Notes: generated by a model not told the origin, from the sequence alone. DNA of 63,227 nucleotides, filler included, from Choristocarpus tenellus KU-1152 (GCA_964200185.2; 11 parts of 11 records of this genome joined end to end with filler, not necessarily neighbours in it); one strand, 5' to 3'. Shown: positions 36,401 to 50,572, numbered from the whole stretch's first letter. Numbers and translations are program-made.

Positions 36401-38000
36401 GTGGTCAAAGTCTAATTTCTCAAAGAGAACACAAATGTGGAAGGCAGATGATAAAGGTTTTGCGTTGGGATGTCTACTGACTCGAATCGTCCCAGGGACT
36501 TCATTTCGAGTTGGAGAAGGCTGATTTCTTGTGCATCTATATTCTTTGTCAGTGCCTGCTGGAGAAGCAATCCTCTTTGCACTCCAAAACTACCCAACAG
36601 AGATGTTGCTGGTCATTTTGAAGTACATAGATGATTTCTTTTGACAATGACTTTCAATAATTGTTCGTTTCCATTAGCCTCTCTTTCTTTACAAGAAATG
36701 GGAGCTGTTTGTGGAATGTGTGCAAGTGTTGATGTCCTTACGCTTATCTGTACACAGTGTTCAATAAATGAGAAAACATAGGAGAATTGGTGGTATAACT
36801 CAAATGTACCATTAGTGACCAAGCATCTTTGGACCTAATTCTAATCTCTTTTAACTCACCAGTCACTGCAACGACGGAGCGGATCAGGTACAGTAGGACA
36901 TCATAGTGATCTTTGTTGGCCTTAGAATGTCAACAGAGTGTATGTTTAACACGGGCATGACACATAGTGAGATTCAGCCTCATGTGAACAACCTCTCCAC
37001 CAGTGATAATTATAGTGTGCATTAAAAAAAATTCAGTCCCATCTCACAGAACTCAACAACCAAAAATGTCATCCAGGAAATGTCACTCTGGTCTTTAATA
37101 ACCAGAGTACTCAAATGATGTGCTAAGGCAAAGTGATAATCAAACCTGCTGACTAAATGAGGTCTTAATTTTGTGCCATTTCATTTGGATCCTCCTTCAA
37201 ACACCATCCAGCAATATGAAATAACCTCCAGCATCGCTTGATAATTATTGTTTGCAACAGTACTTGCAGGCAAGTAGTGTCGGAAACGATGTTTCATCTT
37301 CAGATACATAAGTGTTCATCTCAGATGATGCAAACCAGGAATGAAAGCCGGAGAAGAGGCAAGTACAAGTAATACCATTAGTTGCTTCTGGTGCTGAGAA
37401 AAAACAACTTTGTAAGTGATCAGGATTTATATGGTCTTGATGAGTTGAGAGTGCACTACATACGCAGTATCGTGGTGCTATTCTGTAAGAATGTTGACAA
37501 TATATATCGACATATTGCCTTTTATGCCATGTCCCCTACCCCGCTACTTAGCATTTCTGACAAGCACATCTGCTTGGCATCAGCACATGTGCACACACCT
37601 GCCTATTGAGTTCCCACTGTCCTCATTAAGGATGGAGAAATCACACATTCCCCAACCAGCCGCGTAGAACTCTAGACTTGAAGACAAAAGTGTGATTTTT
37701 CCTTCCAGTGTTACCCCTACCTTTTCCATACATATTAACACCAGTCCTTATGTTTCTAGGGTGGTAGAGTACTGCTAATAACCGAACACTACAAAGTGCC
37801 TCCTTCAAGACAAACTATGTTCTTCCTGTCTGAAAAAGCAATCAATTTGGTTCCATAGCACCTACAGCATTGTGAGTATATTCTGTACCAATCTCTGTCA
37901 TTGGAACATCCACACGCACACATAGTTGGACTCGGTTACATGGGGATACAGTGATGCCCCTCGTTGCGGTACTCAAGGATTATGGTTGCTCTACAATGAG
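33500..38000 (-). pseudogene. Possible fossil KDZ/CxC (Zisupton-related) DNA transposase
   Basis: Ordered minus-strand fragments: PTMCACGC..DW (~37900), LACKYCC...YFILLDGV (37280-37200), HYYFRDL (~34300), FCMNGFQTLGTHQTGTGGILLCT (~33840-33770), FESS (~33710) and LRESFSGFLNIEAFH (~33640-33600). Many stops. Confidence 0.4.
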
Positions 38001-40844
38001 ATAAGTATCAGAAATAAAATGACATATTCAAAACTAGACCTTGATATACTTGTTGAATACTTCCATATCTGACAAATAAAAGTGTTCCTCCACAAACCTA
38101 AAAGAGTGATATGCACGCACAATTACAGTATAATCATGTAGCATTTGAGCCTCCTACCCTAACAGCACATACTTTACACCTAAAAGATTTTGAAGCCAAC
38201 CCTTTTGATTTTTGCTTTTGCACAAATAAAATACTACTGTACTGCACACCAATGAAATCACTATTGCTTCCCTGCCAGTTCCAAAGGAGACAGCAGAAAG
38301 GGGGCGAAGGGGGAGATCTGCATTGGTATAACGCCATCCAAAATATGCCTGCTGTGGTCGTTCTTTTTGACAGTGGACCTCGCACTCAGGAAGAGGTTCT
38401 TTCACTGAGATGTTCTTTGCCACCACAAGAGCCAAGACAAGGGTTCATCGGTGTAGCTCATCACTGGGCTGATGATATTCTAACCCCAATATCCAGCACA
38501 TGGGATTCATGATTGGAAATCAAACTAAATGCAAAGAACAACATACTGTCCACAAAAATACAAAAAACATGATAGTGGTGTCCCATAGATAAGGTTTTCC
38601 AAACCACTACATGGCGATGGATACTCTCATGCTCTTCACTTCCCAACCAACCACCCTGCAGTCAAGCATCCCAAATTATGCCCCGAATCTTTGTTGGCAC
38701 TTCGCCTTTGCATACACCTATGGCCCTTTCAAGCGACCATGGTATATGTTTCCGATGACTGCCCCGAATTTCCCTGCTCGAACAAATTTGCATGCGTTTG
38801 GGTCCTTCCCTGATGAGCACGCTCGCCTAGTCCTCTTGATGTCCCGATTGGAGACTTTGCCAGAGAGACGAACCCTCGACAACTCCATGTCCACAGTCTC
38901 CACCTGGGGATGAATTCAAAGTCTGTGTAAGTGTGCATGTTTCCACATCTAGTGAGCACATGTAGGACTGCAATGGGGTTTGAGTGCGCACACAGGAACT
39001 GTGATAAAACTGAAGGCATGATGATGCAGTAAAGTCTACCAGTACAGCAGCACTCCACTTGGCATTGCATCTCACAAAGGGGCTGCTGGTATCATTTTTG
39101 TCAAAGCTTCAGACAACCATATGAGGGGAGATCTATGCGAGGATAGAAGTGTTATCGCTTTCATCTCTGTTGTTCCAAAACAGTATTCTTCATCAACACA
39201 CTATACCGCTTACAGTACAACAAGAGGAACAGCTTGCTGCTCAAAACTGAAGTCCTATATGCCATGGTTGTTGCTTGGTGATCCATTTCACCCCTCAAAT
39301 GGCAACTCCCAAGAACACTGGTGGAATGTGTTGGGGATCTTCACATTTTGGGCTTCGAGTATCACCTCAACCATGATTATGATTTAAGACGCAGGTCAAA
39401 ATTGCAGGTGCCCTGGGGGTATCAGACTACAGGCTACTTCCTGTAGGCTATCATAATAACATTTCCTAATTACTTTCAATCCATCTCCCTCCTCCCAAAT
39501 GGCCTCTCTTTCACCTCCATGACCACTATATGTTGATATTGACATCGCTTTGTATCTACATACCATAAGGTGCACCAACATGCACATACTTTGGCATTTT
39601 GCCAAGAGACCTAGCTCAAGCAAAGGGCATTCCTGCCTGTATTCCCATTGGCATGTTTGGATAACAAGGTTACCCCTGAGCCAAAGTAAGAGAGAGGTAC
39701 CCAGGTTTTGGTCGTTTTTGCATTATAAGTCAGTTGATTAATCTCCTGTAATTCATCCATATCCATGTGGATGACTTTATAAGTTTGACTTGATACTGCT
39801 GATTTCTCTATTGTTTGAAACTTTCACCAGAATTCAAAAAATTCCCTGTAAGCATTTGCAACATATAATCCGAATTCCACACTCCTTTGTCAGCATCCTT
39901 GAAATGCAACCTTGTTTTTTTGATCCCCCTGCTCGACTATGAAAGCATACAAAGAGTCAGATTATTGATTATTGAGCAGATTGTTCCAAACCTCTATTGT
40001 GGTTGATCGGGTTTTTTTCTTTCCACAATCTCTACACCACATCGGAAATACAACCACAACATCCAGAATATTGTCCAGCAGAGAGTCCTGGGATACTTCA
40101 TACCACACATTACAGAACTACAGGGAATACGTTACCAAACCATTTAACACCCTCCTAGTACTCAAAAGGCTAAAAGCATCTGGGAGGAGGGGGGGGGGGG
40201 GGGCCCTACACCAAGGGGTAGATTGAAAACCTGAAAAGGAATAAAGCACTCAAATTATCCATCCAACCCATGCANNNNNNNNNNNNNNNNNNNNNNNNNN
40301 NNNNNNNNNNNNNNNNNNTTAATTAATTAANNNNNNNNNNNNNNNNNNNNNNNNNNNNNNNNNNNNNNNNNNNNAATGATTAAATTATACGGCAACATAT
40401 AGTCCACAAAAAAAAATCAAAACCCCCCCCCACTCCCTTCACCTGCCAAGACTGAGCAAATTCGAGGTATACCTCAGCGGTTGTAAAATTCACGCACTGG
40501 TAGTAAACTCGATATTACAAAAAAAACATTGTAAGCCTTCAATAAAATATATATATATATGTACATGAATAGAAAATATCGATTATCAAAAGTGTAATCG
40601 ACGGGTACCGCCTTCCCCCTGCGACTTGCTGACACCCGCTGAAAAAAAATATATATTTTAAAAAAAAAAAATGATTTATCCTCCGGTCAGCGTAAGTTTT
40701 GATCCTCATTTCACAAGGACGAGGAAAAATACCGCATTGGGAAGGCGTTTCTTGTGGCTTTGCTCGGGGCAGCGTAGAGTCAGTGTAGTGGGCTAAGAAG
40801 TTGACTTTCACTGAGAATTCAAGATAATCTGATAATTGATTCAG

Positions 40845-43800
40845 GTGGTGGAGTCCTTGCAAAATTCTCAGAAAAATCACAGAAATCCGACAAGGTCTTG
40901 TGCACCTTCTTAATAGCCTCCCCCCACTAACGGTCCGAACTGATGCTGAGAGCAGAGGAATTGAACTCAGGGTAATAGTTATTCGGGATAATGAGGCATC
41001 CAGGCCGTTGTCGGTTTGAACCAAACAAGCATTACACTGCTGTGACAACACAATGTTTATTGGGGGGTTGGGGGGGGGTTGTAGGGCAAAGAGACAATGT
41101 AGTCTTCTTTTATTTTCGACGGTTACACTTGGTTAAATGGATCCTAACAATACGTGCAATATATTTAATATTTATAAAGTATATGTGTGTATTTAAGTAT
41201 ATATGTATATGTGTATGTGTATATTTGAAGTACGTATGTATGCATCTATCGTTGTATGCATGCATCTATCGTTGTATGTATGCATCTATCGTTGTATGTA
41301 TGCATCTATCGTTGCGAAAAAGATTATTTCTCCATGTATCACTCATACCAATTTCTCGCTCTTCACGGTCAATCTTCTTGTTTCAAATCATAAAAACTCT
41401 TGTTTCAAAAGATTAGCAAGATGGTGTCACCCAGCAACTTGTGAAACATATTGAGAGTCCGTTGTTTGACCGCTTCTGTTGCTACTCCATACGCGCAAGT
41501 ACATGTGTTAATTGGCTCAAGGCTGGGGACCCTATCTGGTCTGAAAAGTTCTAATGTGAAAATACATGTCTTGAAATCGGTCATGGGAATATTTAGCCCA
41601 AAAGTAAACATCATAGATTGAAGGAGTATCAAGTGGGACCGATTGTGATTGGAGGCAAAGCAACCAAAGTAATGCACACACACAGCAGGCGGTTTCGCAA
41701 GTCGGTTGGAGGTTTTTTACGAGGCTCTGCCCTGTTTGGCAGCAGCTTTAACGGCGAAACTATTGTTCGCTACTTGTTTGGGATTATGAACGAGAGGTGG
41801 AATAGGAAAAACGTCATTCAAATAAAGAAAGAATGTCAAAACTCTTGAACATCAATGTATCAAATAGTGTGTGAGAAGGGAATGGACTGTGACAGCACAC
41901 ATGGACTAGAGGATACCATTCTCGGATAAGGGTAGAATGGCTTAACTCAGGTAAGACTCGCAGGGTGATGCATGCAAGAAGAGATGCAAGAATGACACTA
42001 CGAAACATGTAAGGATTAAACCATGGCATTGAACGATAATGACGACACCGCGAAACATCCAAGGATGAACCCATGGCATTGCACCGATTAAGAGCAATGA
42101 CTTGATTGCAAAGCAATTGGCGCCAACCTACATGTACGTTCCGAGGAAAGAATAGTCCAATGTGCAGCCGTTCATAACAATGAGTGTTCGGGCAATGACA
42201 TGTTGCAGTACTGTCAACTCAACCCTTACCCAACCTAGTTTATCACAAAAACGGTGGAAATACGGCCAGCTAGGGAGACAAAACTCGATTTTGGCTACCG
42301 GTGAGTGAAAGCATTCGAAAATATTTGAGTGCCGACCGTTGCGTTCATCCATTTCCCCGATCGACCTCTTCGTCCATGCAACTTCCCTGTCTCGAGTCCG
42401 TTCGCAAAAGGCCAAGCATCACTTGCATACCTGTTCCTGCTCCGAGTTGGAGCACAGACGGATCTCCTGGATGAAGTTGTGGAGGCCACGTGGTTGATTG
42501 CTTGGTATCACCCCCAAGGCATCTGTCAAGGCCTGCTTCACGCTCATCCCGGCTTTTATCACCAACTGAAAGGTACCCCTGCCCCTTCCCAAATAACAGT
42601 GCTCTCCTTAGCTCTCCCTCGTAGCTAATACCTTGTTCACACCACACAATCAACCCTTGCTTTCCACCTCCCTTCCGCCTCCCCTGGACCCAGATCGTAG
42701 TGCTTCTACTTCTCGGGGTTAGTTCTCGAGACACTTGTTTGCTTCCTCAGGACCCTTGAAAATCCCGACAACGTGACCGACTAGCCACCAACACGGGTTG
42801 GAGTGGATAAATTGTAGTTATGAGGATAATGGTATCGTACAACAGTCTTACCTCCAAACTGGATGTGAAAGTTGCAAAGGTCAAGGATCGGCAAGCGCGT
42901 GTTCTGTTTGTCCAATAACGAAGTGCATGACACAGGAATCGCGCGTCTATTGTAAGTTATCTCTAGCGCGCTCGTGCTCTTCAACTCATGCGGTGAAACT
43001 GTTACCTTGGTTGATATACTTTTGTTCACCATTGATATCCCAATTCAGATCCTAGTGCTTTAGTGTATTCGAAGTTCTTAGTGCCTTGTGTCGTTGCCGA
43101 AGGAAATATTTCTTGTCTACGCAACATGTAACTGGTCCATGGCTAGGCACAAGACAGGGAGGCCAAGGTCTCACTTTGCGTTGAGCATGTTAATTGCATT
43201 CGTGACCCCGCCAACAGTGCCGATATGGTTATGCTCGTGGGAACACGGATACTGCATCATCGGGTTGCAGCAGATTGTTCTGAAAGCTGATGCGCGTGAG
43301 TGGAACCCATTCAAGAGAGCCTGATTTAGGCTAGCAAATTAGCAAGCTTGTGAAAGAGTGGAATTGAGCCCGGAGGGTCACTACGTTGAAAATTGTTGGG
43401 TAAGGACCAATGACATTGATACAATTGTTGTTGAACTGCACATCTACTTTCAGTGTTTGGAAGCTGAAATCTCACACAAACCAATGGAAGCTTACAAACC
43501 ATACCCGTGCCTTCGGCGCAGAGTTCTTGGTGGACGTGGATATAACCCCAGATACAGCAGATGACACTACATACTGCCCAGTAGAAGCTCCAGCAAAACG
43601 AGCATGGGCCCCAGGACCGAATCCTTTCCATGGATCAAGCTGTGAGCATGTGCTTGTTGAAGTAAGGAACGAGTCAGATCAACAAATTTCTGTTTTCTGG
43701 GTGGATGTGAAAGGGGAAGAGGTGAGATTTACCATCCATCTTCGAGTACTAATTAGGTGTGTATCCACGAAAACATCCTATATTAAAGGATTGATACTGT

Positions 43801-45433
43801 CTCTACACACCTATAGCTGAGCGTGCATATATTACGAGTATATGATACTTAAGAGCAAAAGATCTAGCGACCCATTGTCAGGCAAATATGGCATTGCTTT
43901 AGTTCCTGAAACCTCAAATAGCATGAAAAAAGAGGGGTTGTGCGAAGAGCCTGTATGTTTACCAATGAAACGGGCTACTACTTCTGCGTGTTGAAACAAG
44001 CCATGGCATGCTTCCATCCAGCAACATCGCGTTCCCTCCAAGGATGAAAATTTTACAGCACATCTTCGGCCAATGATTGAGGCAATGGAAATGCTGCAAC
44101 AGTAAATATTTCTTGTCATACTTTCTTTTTACTGTATTGCTCTCATGAACTGTTCTGGTCGCTCTTGCATTAACGACTCCACAACTCAAGATTTTCTGAA
44201 TGAGCAGAAGTAAAACAAGTAATCCTATGATAGTGTGTGCCACCAGCAAACACTCAAACTACGCTGACATTGTTTCGATTCAGGGTATACAATGGTCTAA
44301 GCCGTGTTTAATAAGGAGAGTGAGGGATGGTAACAGGGCTTCCATACAGAGAGCGTGGAACACACCACGAGCTAAAAAAAGATGGGCAGCTGTTGACAAA
44401 AATCGTAATTTGCGAGAAAATATATCTGTGGACTCGATACCTAGTACAAGGATGTTCCCCTACCGAAAAAGCTCGACTATTCATGAGTGTATCTCGAGAA
44501 GTTTCTACTTTCATGAGTGTCTGGAGGAGATGGATACATCATCGCACCATGTAATTTCGCCAAGCACACATGGAACTAGAACACCAAAATTTTTGCACAG
44601 ACGCTTTTCTACTAATCCTATAAGAAAGGGAGGACATACAACAAAATCTTGCCGTTCTTGTAGCATGAGGGAAAATCATGCCTTTTCGTTTTAACAACAT
44701 AGTAACATCCCCCATCGACTGCTCGGATTAGCCTCCCCTGGAGAGGCAATTGAGGTCACCGGCCGCCATCACCCTGACGGTGACTGAAAAAGAAACAAAA
44801 CTTCACCATTGAACAAGTAGAAAGCCGTACTATAGCAGAGCAAATATTTGTGAATCCCTTTCCACAAATAAAAAAAGACAAAATAGTAAAAAGTACACGC
44901 ACGCACACACACACACACACACACACTCACACATACAAATGAAACCTACCTCTCTTACCGGCAAATATCACATCCCTCCCCTGCTGGTCCGTGGGAATAT
45001 ATCCTCCAATGCCAATGCTGCTCATTTCGTACCCTCCTCCTCCTCCTCCTCCTCCTCCTCTTCCTATCCCCCTTCCAACGACGATGACATGGAAGCAGAT
45101 CCAATATTTCTCGCTGTCCCCCGATCAAAGCACAATCCTCGGCACATGCTCAGGGCACCACTGGAGAGCCCGCGCCCGAGCTTCCGGACGCCTCCTGTCG
45201 GAACGCGAGATCCTTCCCAGTCCTCCGGTGGGCGGGGGGAGCGGCTGCGGAACCCCCTCGAAGGAGAGCTCGAACAGACCCACCGGGGAGGGAGAGAGGG
45301 AGGGGAAAGGGAGAGACGGCAGGAAGGGGGACCCGCAGAGGTGGGATGTTCGAGGGTGCGATGGCTTCCCCCTTCCGCGGCACGTTTCCCTCTTCTCATC
45401 GCTGGGCGGGGCGGGGACGTTCGAGATGACCAG
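40845..45433 (+). CDS. VHL beta-domain-containing protein (partial at both ends)
   Basis: Phase-compatible exons 40845-40971, 42458-42572, 43522-43721 and 45099-45433. The last junction builds VLVEVRNESDQQISVFWVDVKGEE|IQYFSLSPDQSTILGTCSGHHWRAR..SGRLL, matching the VHL beta-domain pattern N...WxD..G...Y..L.P....T..GHxW. Confidence 0.7.
41234..41314. repeat. 20-bp minisatellite x4 (intronic)
   Basis: GTATG(T/C)ATGCATCTATCGTT repeated four times. Confidence 0.95.
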
Positions 45434-47189
45434 GTGTGTGTGTGTGGGTNNNNNNNNNNNNNNNNNNNNNNNNNNNNNNNNNNNNNNNNNNNNTTAATTA
45501 ATTAANNNNNNNNNNNNNNNNNNNNNNNNNNNNNNNNNNNNNNNNNNNNATACATATTTTACCGTAACTGTCCGATAGAGTTGGAAGAGTCTAATCGAAC
45601 AAAGGCACCATAATGAATTTCATTCCAGGCTAACACCCTAATCTTGGGAGGAATTTGTTTCCATGTATCACATATCGAGGTGAAGTGGGAAGTGACGACC
45701 ATCTGCTACACCTTACCACCTTGCGCTAAATTTCGAAAAGGAACGCCAAAGACCTGGATCGTGGTGTTGAAGGTTTGTTGTGGATGGAAGGGTTACTTCC
45801 CGATTTTGACAGAGGAGATGGAGGAATGACTGTTGCACCAAACGCATGAGAAGGAAAGCGTACATAAGAGACTGTGCAATTTAGTTGCACCAGTAGCAGT
45901 GCACTGATAGGCAGTAGCTACTATGAAAAGTGGGTATAGTGTGTAGTGCCTCTCACCACCAGTCTGATAGTCTCCACTCTAAAGTGACTAATAATATAAG
46001 TAAGACTCGAGAGTGCTACAAAGCGCTCCGCAAGTATTCCATGATAGGATATGCAACTCCAATCCATACGATTATATGTGGACCACAAAGCTCGTACAAG
46101 GCTACATGATGCACAGGTCGTCAAATATGCTGGATCTCTCACTTCGATTATTCCCTTAATAAGTATGGATCATCATATATGAAAGGAACTGATAATGACA
46201 TATCTTTTGAATGGGCGTGATAATGACTAAGTAATAATAATAAATAGTAGACGTACAAATACATAATATCTAGTACTTCAAGGTCATATGGCATTTATGA
46301 AACCGCCATCAAGACCTATCACCTGTAACAAAAGGCTGTACATAATGTACAGTGCAGTGGATATACTTGTAGTGCAACTTACACAAACCGATTGAGAGGT
46401 AAGCGGGGTAGCATTTTATGGATCCTGAGAAAGGGTAAAAAATTCGCCATTTTGTACAATCACAGAATAGCCTTTGCTGAACTGTGGTGTCACAGTGTGT
46501 GTGGGTAGGGGGGGCATCTATTTCGCATACACTCTAGTGCATATAAAGCAAAGAAATAGAGTGTATAGCACAGGGTCAGAAGTATCCTTGAAATGCAAAG
46601 GGATTCAAATTTGCCTACCTCTCAATTGGTTTGGCTCAACCGATAGTCAGCATTTGGTATAAGAAGCAGCAGTGTAGTGTGCAGCATCTCTCATCACCGG
46701 GGTCTGGATAGTCCCCACTCTAAAATAACAAGTAATAATAGATAGTATGACATGACTTTACATGTTACTAAATATAAAATATTTACTACTATATGCAGTG
46801 TAACGTATAATATATGATAACAAAAAGGACTAGATCATTGTAGATTATAGGACTTCCAGACAGTTCAACCGCAGGAACTGATCTATGATAGGTTGTAACG
46901 ACTCTACCCCATGTTGGGGCTTACAGCTCTGTTATTTGTTGAAGGAGTGATAATAGATCCAGTCAAGGACCACATATGCTCCAAACATCAAATGATGCAA
47001 ACACCTCGGCTATATTAGGAAAACCCTTCATGCTGTGTCTACAACGCCCCCAGAGCCAAGCATGCTACCACCAATAGTAGCAAAACTGCCAGCTCAACAA
47101 AGAACAGCATACAATGTCCAACTCAAATGTCAATCTTATACTGCCGCCAAATCACATTGTGCACTTGTGCATGCAACTCCACAGCTTCT

Positions 47190-48229
47190 TCAACTGTTAA
47201 CATAGAAAGACAGGGGCATCCTCTAAAACGGAAAAGAGTGGCTCCCATGTCCTGTCGTCCTCACCAAATCCCAACCAACCCACCAAAACCTGGTATTCAT
47301 ACCCTCCTACCCTGTACACTGCCAGAATATCAGATATTTCAAATTCCACCTCGTTCTGAATGTACTGGAATGTTGGCTTCATCTCTGTGGTCACGTTCAG
47401 TTCCTTGTCTGCACAACCTCCTTAGTCGCTGCACCATTGCTGCTCTGCAATGATGCCCAGCTTCGCCCATGTGTGCACAAACCGTCAGGCGTGTCCGCAG
47501 ATCATTTGCCTTATCAGATATTCACAGGGGACTGTAACCTCAGCACCCACCTGCATCATGCCATCCTGGTCATGATGTTACACGGCCAGCAGAGGTCATA
47601 ATCCTCCGCTTTCATGGACCGTCACACCCCCTAGGGCCGTATTGGCCACTAGTTGTGCCTCATGCTCCACTGCTCTCGATGGCAGGGTGTCCTCTCCCTG
47701 CACCTCTGTAGACACAGCTACGGCTCACACCGCCATATTTTTTCACCGTGGGCCAGTGTAGCTGTGATCCCCGGAAAGAACCACTCAGGAATCTCAGTGG
47801 CTCATGGCTCATATTTTCCACTGCCACGCCTCCATTCAGCTCCACCTGAGGGATCTGTGTAACAAAACACCCCCAGTCCTTGTCAGAGGCGTCTGGAGAC
47901 ATCAGCACAGCACACTCCTCCGTGGGGTGTGAGAGCTCCACCGGCCTTGAGACAATGTTTCCCGCGCTGAAATCCGTCACCAGCCTACAGCCCCGCCCCT
48001 CAGGCTTGGGCAAAGGCAATGATGGGTTGCTCCATACATCCTGTGGGGTCCACCTCAGCATCCCCAGTACGGCCAGCAGGCCCATAAATCCTCCCATCCA
48101 GCTCTGTGGCTTCGGATGGGATGCCCTGAGTCTGGCCTTCACAGGAGTCACCCCTTCCTTCAGCACCACCACAATGGGCTCCACCTTGGCAGGCGGGTCA
48201 CGCCCCACACAAACGCATTGGTCCAGATT
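47190..48229 (-). mobile_element. Internally deleted Ty3/gypsy relic with C-terminal chromodomain
   Basis: RT start DPPAKVEP..LKEGVTPVKAR...WSNP..PKPEGRGCRLVTDF is fused directly to RNase H DASDKDWG...HEPLRFLSGSFRGSQLHWPTV. Chromodomain FEISDIL..YQVLVGWLGFGEDDRTWEP lies at 47197-47394. Confidence 0.85.
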
Positions 48230-48322
48230 GAGTGGAAGTACCTTAGAGGGTACGAGTTTTGCTCTGTCCATTTGGGGCTTGGCTTCCCATGGGGTTATTT
48301 ATTACATTTTCCACCTCCAAAA
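48230..48322 (-). mobile_element. MITE family 1, partial at contig end
   Basis: GAGTGGAAGTACCTTAGAGGGTACGAG...CCATTTGGGGCTTGGC. Confidence 0.8.
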
Positions 48323-48440
48323 NNNNNNNNNNNNNNNNNNNNNNNNNNNNNNNNNNNNNNNNNNNNTTAATTAATTAANNNNNNNNNNNNNNNNNNNNNN
48401 NNNNNNNNNNNNNNNNNNNNNNGGGGTGGTGGGGGGGGGT

Positions 48441-48486
<46 letters not shown>

Positions 48487-48762
48487 GGGGAGGGGGTTGC
48501 ATGTTTCCAATGGGAGTGCTGAGAAATCATTGCCGTACAGTGTAATTCGCTACGACTTGATTGGGTGACGAGGTGGCAGCTCTGTGGAAAAAAAAATGAG
48601 GGGTTGGAATGTGATGTGACGTAGGAATGAGGGTGGGGTGGGGGGATCTTGAATCATGAAACAAGTAATTTTGTGACTGTGTGGAATTGATAGGTATAAT
48701 ATAATACCTCTAGTGGCAAGGTATGGGAGTTATGTGGGTGTGTAGGGGTGTGAAGGATGCAG

Positions 48763-48966
48763 AGTACCAGCAAGATACCAGTTGTTGAGTGCGATGGCAA
48801 GTGCCTCAAGTCAAAAGAACCAGAGAATGGTACCAGAAGACGAAGTATCTCTCTGGCTAAATACTCTTGCATCCAGTTATCAAATCGGGTGTAAATACCC
48901 CCTTATGATTGGGGGGAAGCCCAGACACATTGGCTGTGGCTGAGACTTGAGACTTTAGTCCAGTCA

Positions 48967-48998
<32 letters not shown>

Positions 48999-49309
48999 GG
49001 CGGGGGTGGTGGTCTGTGTGTCATGTTGTGTGTTATGTAAGTTTGATTGCTGATGATGTGCACAAGGTGTGAGTGTCTGTCTGAAGGAGGATATGGTGGG
49101 TGTGGACTGTATGGAAAGTACTGTATTTCTACACATCCCGTGTGCACTATCGTTGTGTTCAATCGCTGTAGGGTATGCAAGAGCGAGGAGGCATCTTGGG
49201 GCAGAGGGCCTCTGCCATCCATCGCAACCAACCGTGATATTGTCTGCCTTCTTGGGGAGGACGGACTGTATGTCTTGAGAACGTGCAAGCATTTTTTGCT
49301 AGAAAGGAG
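48763..49309 (+). other. Possible coding exons of an unidentified or decayed gene
   Basis: Candidate exons 48763-48888 and 49172-49309 splice in phase (..WLNTLASSYQIG-VCKSEEASWGRG..). Downstream frames contain stops and I recognise no domain. Confidence 0.25.
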
Positions 49310-50572
49310 GTAAAGGAGGATGTGTACTTTGGTTCCTCTTGCTTGCACTACTAGTGCTGGAGATTTACAGCACTGAACGATTGATGAGCAAACTTAGATG
49401 GAAATATCTGGATGCAAATCTGATATGTGGCTGTGATTGAATTAGTTGGTGAATGAGTTCTTGGAGAGGATATGATTAAGGAGGAGGTGTCGTTTGCACT
49501 TACTACAGCAGGCAGAAAAGCAGATGATTTGCTAAGGTGCCCTGAAATGTGCATTCGCTCCTCAACACATGGACTCAAAATCAAAAGGCAGGTGTGGTGT
49601 GTGACTTTTGCTGTTGAATCGAGGTGTGATGCATTGATGAGGTTTGACGGCCTCAAGCCTTACATCCTTTTGAGTAGGGAATACCAAGCTTGCTCAAGAA
49701 ATGGATAAGAATAGCTATTGTAATGCTTGTGTTGTGATGGTAGCCGTCCAGATCCTTTTCATGCCCCCCAGAGTAACAGCAAACCTCTTTGAGAATGGGA
49801 GAAGAATGATAGAGGAGGAACATAAAGATACACGGTTTCGTTTCGAACTCTGGAACAGATGAAACTGTAGAGTGGCTGTGGGAGGAGAGAGACTCATGAC
49901 TTCTTTTCTTTGTATGGGTGGGGATAAATGGGAGTCAAGAGAGAGGGTGAGAGGGAAGAGGAAGTCGTACCATTGATAATTCCATGGAGAGGAATTGTGT
50001 GAAGTCGTAGCCTATGTGCTTAGTTGTGTGGAAGATCAGAGAAGGGGGTCTGTACTGTTGTTGATGAATGCATGAAGCAAATTATCCTTATGATAACATA
50101 GTTATTATCATTATATTATGCTGCTATTTTCATTGTACATCCTGCTTCCATTCATTTTATGCCTATCTTTATTTGGTGAACGTAAATAGGACAAGCAGGG
50201 CCGTGCTTTCATTTTTAGGAGTTGAAAAAAGTACATACCAGGAAGATTGAAGTGATGATAGTACTGGAGATAAGAAGACTTCCTTGCTATACCTACTGCC
50301 ACTTGGTTGCTGAGAGGAAGAAATGGTAATTCTGTCATGTATGCTAAAATATCTACTGTATTTGATTTGTTAGATGTGTTTGGAGTGCACTACTGCTGTA
50401 TGTATTATCTTGTTGAGGTAACGATGAGTTTCAGATGATTATATTCCTTTACATCATGCCTACCGTACAACGATGAATCATTGTTCACCTTGGATATTAT
50501 TACTCTTACTTTTATGGCGCACTAAATCTATGAAACAAGTTGGTTCATTCTGCATGGATTGCTGGTGATTAT

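Noticed and set aside
40539-41051. 170-aa minus-strand ORF
   Set aside because: It overlaps plus-strand exon 40845-40971 in antisense, and that exon has proper splice sites and phase.
48423-48496. Long poly-G tract as a functional G-quadruplex
   Set aside because: It sits at a contig edge where homopolymer length is unreliable and may be a sequencing artefact.
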